Below, piece by piece: positions 12,448 to 21,931 of a stretch of DNA of 64,000 bases. This DNA is from Octopus sinensis. Its lineage: Eukaryota. The number at the start of each line of letters is the position of its first letter. Position 1 is the first letter of the stretch. Location: positions 23,684,001-23,748,000 of the forward strand of contig NC_043001.1 in NCBI RefSeq assembly GCF_006345805.1, written 5' to 3'. A model generated the notes under the pieces. The model was not told the DNA's origin and did not search any database. It was given only the letters and a program-made list of their open reading frames with translations. Made by a program: the position numbers and the translations under genes.

Positions 12448-12679
12448 GTAAATTATTGCGTAAAGCAAATACATATTTTGATAAGCCCAGGTATTGCCCC
12501 TGCGTGGTTATGAAGTTTGCTTGACGACCGTGCGGTTTCAGATTTGATCCAACTCTGTGGAATGTCTGGGCGAGTGACTTCATTGCAATAGCCTGGGGTT
12601 GACTTATGATTTCTGAATGAAATTTGGGAGATGGAAACTCACAGAAGCTTGTCACATGCATGCAAGCACACACACCACC

Positions 12680-12860
12680 CTCTTCCTCCTCCTCCCCTCC
12701 TCCTCTTCCTCCTCCTCTTCCTCCTCCCCTCCTCCCCTCCCCTCCTCCTCTTCCTCCTCCTCCCCTCCTCCCCTCCTCCTCCTCCCCTCCTCCTCCCCTC
12801 CTCCCCTCCCCTCCTCTTCATCCTCTCCCCCCTATCCACCCCCTTCTCCCCTTCCTCCAC
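12680..12860. repeat. Polypyrimidine (CCT/CCCCT)n low-complexity tract
   Basis: About 180 nt almost exclusively C/T on the + strand. Confidence 0.9.
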
Positions 12861-12861
12861 A

Positions 12862-13240
12862 CCACGATTGGTTGGTGCTTTTTACGTGCCACCGGCACGG
12901 AGGCCAGTCGAGGTCGCGCTGGCAACGGCCACGTTCGGATGGTTCTTTTACGTGCCACCGGCACTGGTATCACAACTGCAATTTCCATTGATTTTTGATT
13001 GATTTCGATTTCACTTGCCTCAACAGGTCTTCACAAGCAGAGTTTTGTGTCCCAAGAAGGAAAGGTATGCATAAGTGGACTGGCTACATCCCAGGTAGAG
13101 GCCACGGATTATGGTCTCACTTGTCCTGCTGGGTTTTCTCACGCACAGCATACTTCCAAAGGTCTCGGTCACTAGTCATTGCCTCGGTGAGACCTAATGT
13201 TCGAAGGTCATGCTTCCCCACCTCGTCCCAGGTTTTCTTC
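12862..13240 (-). mobile_element. RTE LINE fragment (ORF C-terminus plus part of 3' UTR)
   Basis: Reverse complement matches the KTWDEVVKHDLRTLGLTE..AVREKT region and UTR of the 16944-18687 element. Confidence 0.85.
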
Positions 13241-13600
13241 AACTAAAAGGCGGTGCTCCAGCATGGCCACAGTCAAAACTACTGCAACAAGCAAAAGAAA
13301 ACAAAAATTGGTTTCAAATTATGGCACAAAGCCAGCAATTTTGGCTGAGGAGTTAAGTCGATTACATTGACCCCCAGTTCTCAACTGCTACTTATTTTAT
13401 TGACCCTGAAAGGGGTGAAAGGCAAAGTCAATCCCAGTGGAATTTGAACTCAGAACTTATAGATGGATAAAATGCTACTAAACATTTTTGCCCAGATTGC
13501 TAATGATTCTACCATCTCATCACCTTAAAAGTAATACAGATATTATTTTCTACTTAACGAACTATTTGTTTGACATATATGTTGCTTATTCAAAAAAAAA

Positions 13601-14011
13601 TCATCATCATCATCATTTAGCATCCGCTTTCCATGCTAGCATGAGTTGGACGGTTCAACTGGGGTCTGGGAAGCCAGAAGGCTGCACCAGGACCAGTCTG
13701 ATCTGGCAATGTTTCTACGGCTGGATGCCCTTCATAACGCCAACCACTCCGTGAGTGTAGTGGGTGCTTTTTACGTGCCAGATGAGGCTGGCAAACAGCC
13801 ACGGTTGGATGGTGCATTTTACGTGCCACCGGCACGGGGGCCGGGCGAGGCTGGCAATGGCCACGATCGGATGGTGCTTTTTACGTGCCAGGCGAGGCTG
13901 GCAACGGCCACGTTCGTATGGTTCGCTTACGTGCTACCGGCACTGGTATCACAGCTACAATTTCCATTGATGTTGATCGATTTCGATTTTGATTCTGATT
14001 TCCACTTGCCT
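13601..14011 (-). mobile_element. RTE LINE 3' UTR copy ending about 30 nt before NUBP2 exon 3
   Basis: (CAT)n, GGATGCCCTTC..ACGCCAACC, iterated GGTGCTTTTTACGTGCC units. Confidence 0.85.
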
Positions 14012-14042
14012 TAAAAAAAAAATGTTTTATTTATCTTTATAG

Positions 14043-14131
14043 GTTGGTCTTTTGGATGTTGACCTTTGTGGTCCTAGTATCCCCAAAATGCTAAACCTTG
14101 ATGGTAAAGATGTCCACAACTGTCCCGAAGG
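14043..14131 (+). CDS. NUBP2: NUBP2 exon 3 ([10 protein letters not shown] motif)
   Basis: atag|GTT GGT ... GAA GG|gtaagt; [30 protein letters not shown]. Confidence 0.97.
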
Positions 14132-14149
14132 GTAAGTTGAGGATTTTCA

Positions 14150-14380
14150 ATTAAATTTCAATTGCATACATTATATCTAATACAGTTCTATATTTAAGAG
14201 ATGAGGAATTTTGTACATTATTTATATTCGACGGATATTTGTCCTCATCTTGTTTATTACTAACACAATGTTTTGGCTGACATACCCTCCAGCCTTCTTC
14301 AGGTATCTTGGGGAAATTTTGAACATGGGTTCTCATTCCTAAGGTATTTTTCGATGTTGTTGTTGTTATTATTATTATTA
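14150..14380 (-). mobile_element. Penelope-type terminal-repeat fragment with degenerate hammerhead (14262-14307)
   Basis: Homologous to 41195-41375; - strand reads GATAC CTGAAGA A GGCTG-loop-CAGCC AAA ACAT T GTGTT (G12 mutated to A). Confidence 0.55.
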
Positions 14381-14382
14381 TT

Positions 14383-14783
14383 GGATCTTTTCATTTTGAC
14401 CGGCAGATTTAAAAAATAATTTTTTGTAACTAAACACTTTTAAACTTCGTATACTGGTAGAATGTGTCACATAAAACATCTTTTTCTCTTGGTGTTCTTG
14501 AGAAAATTCTGTAGTTTGCAAGCTATTTGTTGTTAAATTTCTCATATTTCGGCAATTTCAACCAATCACTGATGTCTATTGAGGTGAATACAATTACTGC
14601 TGCTGTTTGTCAACAAGAAGTTTCGGTGGTGTATATTTCGTTTGTCACTGTTTACAGAATTTTCTCAAGAACGCCAAGAGAAAAAGATGTTTTATGTGAC
14701 ACATTCTACCAGTATACGAAGTTTAAAAGTGTTTAGTTACAAAAAATTATTTTTAAAATCTGTCGGTCAAAGTGAAAAGATCC
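14383..14783. mobile_element. Foldback TIR element (GGATCTTTTC...GAAAAGATCC family)
   Basis: Long imperfect terminal inverted repeats related to 38462-38876. Confidence 0.75.
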
Positions 14784-14898
14784 GAGAATTTCTTTAAACA
14801 TATCTATCAGATTTTTATTTTTTATGTTATAGTTTTCTGCACATATAGACTTGCATACACCTTGATATGTCTTTTTTTTACTTTTTTGTCTCTCTCAC

Positions 14899-14931
<33 letters not shown>

Positions 14932-15336
14932 TCGTCTAACGTCCGTTTTCCGCGCTAGCACGGGTTGGACGGTTTGACCGGGGTCTGGGGAGCCAGGGGC
15001 TGCTCCAGGCTCCAGTCTGATCTGGCAGTGTTTCTACAGCTTATTTTTTCCTCTTTTACGATTTGTTTGTAAATATCTGATTTTTTTTTCCTATTACCCC
15101 ATCTATATTCTCCCTTATTATATCTTATTTTATTTTGTTTTATTAAGCTTTTTTTATGTTCTTCCAAAAATTCCTCACACTGATGAGAACGGCAATGCAT
15201 AAATTTAATTATAATTACTATGATTATAATTATTTTCTTACATATTTCTATTGTCTTTGGAAATTTGCATATGTATTAAATCCAATTTTGATTCAACATC
15301 TTTTTTCCTCATTTTTTGATACTTGTTTATGGTATA

Positions 15337-15733
15337 CTAGCTGTATCGCCCGGCGTTGCTCGGGTTTGTAAGGGAAATAACTATATAAGCATTTTTAGAG
15401 AGTTATAGCCAAAAAATAGCAAAAAAATGCATTAAAAATGGAAAAAAAATTATGGTAAATTTTTTTTAAAATCGTTGACTCATCGTAGACATTTTTAGAG
15501 AGTTACTTCCCTTATATAATAGCAAAAAATGCATTAAAATGGAAAAAAATGATGGTAAATTTTTTTTTAAATTGTAGACTCATCGTAGACGCGTGCTAAT
15601 ACCCAGAAGGGCTCAATATGAATCACGACTATAAGATACCTGGTTTTGGTTAAACTGCTCCGCAAAATGTGGGAGTAGTTAGGAATCTAAATCGGAGGAG
15701 ACAGACACACAACTTCTCTTTTATATATAAAGA
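15337..15733 (-). mobile_element. Non-autonomous Helitron
   Basis: - strand starts TCTTTATATATAAAA, ends CCCGAGCAACGCCGGG hairpin then CTAG; inserted between A and T. Confidence 0.75.
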
Positions 15734-15896
15734 TTTATAATAATCAAATTTTTCAACTATTATTTTCGTATTCTTATTACTTGCCCTGGCTGATTTTTAT
15801 GAATATGATAATTTATTAAAAATAAATTTTTCTCTCTTTTTGGATCTTTCGAAAAGTTTGAATTGTTCTTTTTGAACTTATTTTTTCTCCTATATA

Positions 15897-16410
15897 TCAT
15901 CATCATCATTGTTTAATGTCCGCTTTCGATGCTGGCATAGGTTGGATGGTTTGGCTGAGGACTGGTGAGTCAGAGGTTGCACCAGGCTCAATCTGATCTG
16001 GCAAAGTTTCTTCAGCTGGATGCCCTTCCTAATGCCAACCACTCTGAGAGGGTAGTGGGTGCTTTTGCATGCCACCGGCACGAGGGCCAGTCAGGTGGTT
16101 CTGGCAACGACAATGCTCAAAGGTGTTTTTACATGCTACCTGCACAGGAGCCAGTCCGGCGACACTGGCAATGACCACGCTCGAATGTTGTTTTACATGT
16201 GCCCATGAGGCGACACAGACAATGATCATGCTCGAATGGTGCTTTTCATATGTCAATGGCACGGGAGCCAATCCGTGACCCTGGCAACGATCATGCTTGG
16301 ATGTGCTTTTAACGTTCCTCTGGCACAAAAGCCAGTCAGGCAGTAATTTCATCGGCCACATCAACGATTTTGATTTGTTTACACTTGCCTCAATAGGTCT
16401 TCGCAAGCAA
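15897..16410 (-). mobile_element. RTE LINE 3' UTR copy (variant subfamily)
   Basis: (CAT)n tail, GGATGCCCTTCCTAATGCCAACC, iterated subrepeats. Confidence 0.75.
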
Positions 16411-16594
16411 AGTTCATTGACCAAGTGCAGGAATGGCTGTGTGGTAAGTAGCTTGCTTACCAACCACATGGTTCTAGGTCCAGTCCCACTGCGTGGCACC
16501 TTGGGCAAGTGTCTTCTACTATAGCCTCAGACTGACCAAAGGCTTGTGAGTGGATTTGGTAGTCGGAAGCTGAAAGAAGCCCGCCGTATATATA

Positions 16595-16635
<41 letters not shown>

Positions 16636-16781
16636 ATAAATATTAGGGAATAAATCCAAAATTACAGGGAAAAAAAATCAGATTTAGGATTAAATCCAAT
16701 TTTATAGTAAAATATTATATAATATTAATTCGAGACAAAACCACTATTTTGCAAATTAAAACTGACTAGAAGATCGGAAAT

Positions 16782-16825
16782 CCACCTGACGAATGTCATT
16801 TGAAGACATGAAACAATTGTAGTGG
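16782..16825 (+). ncRNA. Type I hammerhead ribozyme motif, canonical core
   Basis: CCAC CTGACGA ATGTC-ATTTGAA-GACAT GAA ACAATTGT A GTGG: stem I 4 bp (extendable), stem II 5 bp, palindromic stem III, GUA cleavage triplet. Confidence 0.8.
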
Positions 16826-16943
16826 CGATTTATTTACTTTATATTAAAATTTTTTATGTATTGATTAAGTCTTTCCTTGTTTGATTTGCAAAATAGTGGT
16901 TTTGTCTCGAATTAATATTTTATATATATATATATATATATAT

Positions 16944-18687
16944 AGCCAAAGATAAGCCCCTGTACCTGGCTTTCGTTGACATGGAGAAAGCTTTCGACAG
17001 GGTCCCCCAATCCCTTATCTGGTGGTCAATGAGGAAACTAGGGATAGATGAATGGTTAGTGAGAGCTGTGCAAGCCATGTACAGGGATGCTGCTAGTAAG
17101 GTGAGGGTTGGCTACGAGTACAGTGAAGAATTCCGGGTAGGGGTCCACCAAGGTTCAGCCCTCAGCCCCCTCCTATTTATCGTAGTCCTCTAGGCAATAA
17201 CGGAGGAATTCAAGACGGGATGCCCCTGGAAGCCCCTCTATGCTGATGACCTTGCTCTAATTGCTGAGTCACTATCAGAACTGGAGAAGTTTCAGGTGTG
17301 GAAGCAAGGATTAGAATCGAAGGGCCTTAGAGTCAACCTAGCTAAAACCAAAGTCCTAATAAGTAGGAAGGTAGACAAATCACAAACGCCTTCAGGTAGA
17401 TGGCCTTGCTCGATCTGTAGGAAAGGCGAAGGTAGAAACTCTATAAGATGCACCAAGTGTAAGCTATGGACACACAAGAGGTGCAGCAGCGTCAAGGGAA
17501 GGCTAACTAGGAAGATAGTTTTTGTATGTGGCAGATGCTCAGGAGCAATAAACACTGAAAATGCTCTGAGACCAACTTCCGTCACTTTCCAGGGAGAAAA
17601 ACTAGAAATAGTTGATAGCTTCCGTTACCTAGGTGACCAAGTCAGTAGCGGGGGCGGGTGTGTTGAAAGTGTAACTGCTAGAGTAAGAATAGCTTGGGCA
17701 AAGTTCAGAGAGCTCTTACCTCTGCTGGGGACAAAAGGCCTCTCGCTCAGAGTAAAAGGTAGACTGTATGATGCTTGTGTACGAACAGCCATGCTACATG
17801 GCAGTGAAACATGGGCCGTGACTGCTGAGGATATGCATACGCTCGCAAGAAATGAAGCCAGTATGCTCCGATGGATGTGTAATGTCAGTGTTCATACTCG
17901 ACAGAGTGTAAGTACCTTGAGAGAGAAGTTGGACCTAAGAAGCATCAGTTGCGGTGTGCAAGAGAGACATTTGCACTGGTATGGCCCTGTGGCGAGAATG
18001 GATGTAGATAGTTGTGTGAAAAAGTGCCACACCCTAGCTGTTGAGGGAATCTGTGGAAGAGGCAGACCCAGGAAAACCTGGGATGAGGTGGTGAAGCATG
18101 ACCTTCGAACTTTAGGTCTCACCGAGGAAATGACTAGAGACCGAGACCTTTGGAAGTATGCTGTGCGTGAGAAGACCCGGCAGGACAAGTGAGACCATCA
18201 CCCATGGCCTCAGTCCACTTATGCATACCTTTCCTTCTTGGGACACAAAACCCTACTTGTGAAGACCTGTTGAGGCAAGTGAAAATCAAATCAACAAATC
18301 AAAAATGGAAAAAATCAAAAATAAAAATTGATCAAAATGAATGGAAATTGTCGCTGTGATATCAGTGCTGGTGGGACATAAGAGAACCATCCGAACGTGG
18401 CCGTTGCCAGTGCCGCCCTGACTGGCTTCCATGCCGGTGGCACGTAAAAAGCACCATCTGTCCGTGGCCGTTTGCCAGCTCCGTCTGGCACCTGTGCAGG
18501 TGGCACGTAAAAAGCACCCACTACACTCATGGAGTGGTTGGCGTTAGGAAGGGCATCCAGCCGTAGAAACACTGCCAGATCAGACTGGGCCTGATGCAGC
18601 CTTCTGGCTTCACAGACCCCAGTTGAACCTTCCAACCCATGCTAGCATGGAAAGCGGACGCTAAATGATGATGAGGATGATGATGAT
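16944..18687 (+). mobile_element. 5'-truncated RTE-clade LINE (RT domain with PHD insertion, 3' UTR, (GAT)n tail)
   Basis: DMEKAFDRV, GVHQGSALSPLLF, YADD (17239-17250), GLRVNLAKTK, YLGD, HGSETW, GRGRPRKTW. One in-frame TAG at 17191-17193. ORF stop at 18192. Confidence 0.95.
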
Positions 18688-18902
18688 ATATATGTATATA
18701 TGACAGGCTTCATTCAGCTTCCATCTACTATATTAGTAATTGGCAGAAGTTACAGAATGACTGAATGGTGAGAGTTTCATGCGTTGGCCAACACACAAAA
18801 CTCTTGGCCTTTGAGTTACTCTGTAAGTTCTGCCAATTATTAGTAAACACTATATGTATACTCATGTTTTGATTTCTATTTTTCCTGTTTGCATCATGAA
18901 AC

Positions 18903-18941
<39 letters not shown>

Positions 18942-19017
18942 TGCACACACATAATCGACAGAATTGTCTATATATGTCTATATATGCAAGCTAATGAAGA
19001 CTAGGTCTATGTTACAG

Positions 19018-19127
19018 GTGGGTTCCGGTATACTTTGATAAAGAGCAAAGACTGGCTGTTATGTCGATAGCATTTCTACTGGAAAATAAAAATGATGCAA
19101 TCGTTTGGCGAGGACCAAGAAAAACAG
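19018..19127 (+). CDS. NUBP2: NUBP2 exon 4 (VWRGP motif)
   Basis: acag|G TGG GTT ... ACA G|gtaaat; [36 protein letters not shown]. Confidence 0.97.
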
Positions 19128-19132
19128 GTAAA

Positions 19133-19344
19133 TCTATATATATATATAAACGACAAAATGTCTGTCTGTGTGTGTATCCTTTATATAAATCTACAATTTT
19201 TCACTTAGAGGGCTCGCACTTTCTATGGTCATTCAAAACCGTCCAAGTGAGGTCGTGCACATCTTTACATTTTCCCAGTCACCCCGCAAAACTATTTAAA
19301 AATCAATAGAAGTGACTTTTTTGTTTGCTGGGTCATAGTGCTAG
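19133..19344 (+). mobile_element. Short non-autonomous Helitron-like element at +6 of NUBP2 intron 4
   Basis: A|TCTATATATATATAAA ... GTGCTAG|T termini. Confidence 0.5.
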
Positions 19345-19849
19345 TATAGACATAGATCTTAATAGAAAACATGCATGGCACCTTGGGCAAGTGTCTTCTA
19401 CTATAGTTTTAGGCCGACCAAAATTGTCGTTGTCTGAATTTCAATTGCATACATTATATCTAATACAGCTCTATATTTAAGAGATGAGGTATTATGTACA
19501 TTATTTACATTCGACGGCTATTTGTCCTCATCTTGTGTACATTATTTTGTACGTTTTTTACATTCGACGGCTATTTGTCCTCATCTTGTGTTTCAACGCA
19601 TCAGGTGTTGAAATGATCGCAAAACAACATGAGACAAAATGTTTCGCTCAAGGGCACAGTCCACCACCCTGTCTAGGAATTGAAACCACAATCTCACAAT
19701 CATGTATGTGTGTGTGTCTTTGTGTCTATGTTTGTCATTCATAACCACTTGACAATTGGTGTTGGTGTGTTTATGTCCCCATAACTTAGTGGCTTAGCAA
19801 AAGGGGCCAATAGAATTAAGTATCATGCTTAGAAAGATAAGTACTGGGG

Positions 19850-20222
19850 GGGTGCCAAGAGCACTATCCAAGCGTGATTGTTGCCAGAGCAGCCAACTGG
19901 CTTCCGTACCCGTGGCACATAAAAGGGCACCATTCGAGCGTGATTGTTACCAGCGTCACTTCACTGGCACCTGTGCTGGTGGCACATGTAAAAAGATTTG
20001 AGTGAGGTCATTGCCAGTACTGCCTGACTGGGCCCCATGCTGGTGGCATGTAAAAAGCATCCTCTACACTCTTGGAGTGGTTGGCGTTAGGAAGAGCATC
20101 CAGCTGTAGAAACTCAGTCAAATCAAGATTGGAGCCTGGTGCAGCCATCTGGTTCGTTAGCCCTCAGTCATTCATCCAACCCATGCTAGCATGGAAAGCG
20201 GACGTTAAACGATGATGATGAT
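19850..20222 (+). mobile_element. RTE LINE 3' tail nested in a SINE B remnant
   Basis: Ends AACCCATGCTAGCATGGAAAGCGGACGTTAAACGATGATGATG. Confidence 0.8.
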
Positions 20223-20455
20223 TCATTTAACTAAAATTCTTGAAAAACGGTGCCCCAGTATGGCCACATTCTGACTGACACAGGTAAAAGAAAAGATAGA
20301 AGATGAGTCACATCAAGTCTTGCAGCTATGACACAATGCATGATTAATTTAAAACAATGTGAATAATTAATCTTTACATTTGATGGAGTAATCTGAATGC
20401 TAAAAGGTTAATAACAACAACAGCTGTTTATTGTTTCGTTCTTTTATAATTTCAG

Positions 20456-20610
20456 CAATGATTCACCAGTTTATAAACGATGTTTGTTGGCAAGACACTG
20501 AATATCTGATTATTGATACCCCACCTGGTACATCGGATGAGCATTTAGCTGTTGTGGAAAGTCTTCGGAGTTATAATCCAGATGGAGCTGTTTTGGTTAC
20601 TACACCTCAG
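20456..20610 (+). CDS. NUBP2: NUBP2 exon 5 ([15 protein letters not shown])
   Basis: tcag|CA ATG ... CCT CAG|gtaaag; [52 protein letters not shown]. Confidence 0.97.
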
Positions 20611-21931
20611 GTAAAGTCATGAACATCGTACAACAACTTAACACAGCACTTAACACATGGACAGCACATGACTAGAACTTTCATAGTCACTTCAAAAGCT
20701 AGGTTTCGCCAAATTGGTCAAATTAATTGATCAAGGAGCTGATCTAGGAATAAATGACAGTAGCTTCTCTTTATTGACCAAGAAAAGGAACTTCTACTTG
20801 GTAACTCATCTATGCTAGAAATAGCTGTGAAGTTACACTCAAATTACACCCTATTATTTTTAAAACAAACCTGTTTTGGTTGATGTCCATTCTCTTCATT
20901 GCAAAGACAGCATCACAAACAATAAGTTTCCCTCTTCAGAGCCAGAAAATACTTCAGTTCCCCAAAATTGCAAACATTCTACACACATGAAACCCACAAT
21001 GGAGTGTAGTTTCCACATTTGGGAGAGTACTGTTCACTGCTCATGTAGATGTCAAAAAAAAAAAAAATCTGACACTGGCGATGTGGTTAAGAAGTTAAGA
21101 ACCTCACTTTACAACCATGTAGTTTTAGGTTCAATCTCACTGCATGTCTTTTACTATAACCTGAAGCCAACTGAGACTTTATGAATGAATTTGGTAGATG
21201 GAAACTGTGTGGAAACTCCCCTCTCTCTCTCTCTCTGCATGCACGCATGCACACACACACACGTGTGTTTGTTCCTCCATTACATGAAAATTGGTGTCGG
21301 TTTGTTTATGTCCTTCTAACTTAACACTTCATCAAAAGTGACCTGTACTAACTGTTACATTTTGTTTTTCCTTACCAAAATACCACCTTTCTGGCATTCT
21401 ATCATAGCACATGCTTTTATTCTTGTAGCCTTGGTATTGCAATTATTTAAGAAGAATGTTAATAACATAAATCTTACTGGTTTTGAAGGTTCTGCGATAG
21501 ACCAAAGCAATAAATATATATATAAAAAAAAAACGATAAAGCAAACAAATGGACATAGCTATTTTAGGGAATGGAAGATTTGAACCAAACCTCTTTTTAA
21601 TTGATCAAGGAGCTGATCTAGTAGTATACACAATTTAATTTATACTTATTCAGTAAGATACAAATTTACACTATTAATATCCAGCACAAGTTCACATACT
21701 CAAACAAAAGAAGAGTTTACATATTTAAATGAATGAATCAATACATTCACCTGATTAATATTGAATTCACTCATTTTTACTTTCCATTTAATATTCTAAT
21801 AAGACTTTATTATAAATTAAATGCACAAAGCCAGTTGAAATGGGTTCAAATTCTATGGCTATTTTAGGTAATCTGATAGCTGTATCTGAGAACTATTAAA
21901 GATACATCAGAGAGCCTTTCTACAATCTACA

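Noticed and set aside
12286-12513. ORF-track start MCFSYF... as the NUBP2 N-terminus
   Set aside because: The upstream part is the intronic polypyrimidine tract; the true exon is bounded by AG/GT at 12323-12447
12617-13002. Pro/Ser-rich ORFs in three frames
   Set aside because: Translations of a C/T low-complexity tract plus RTE UTR
17296-18192. 298-aa ORF as a host zinc-finger gene
   Set aside because: In frame with upstream RT motifs across one nonsense codon and followed by the LINE UTR; it is retrotransposon ORF
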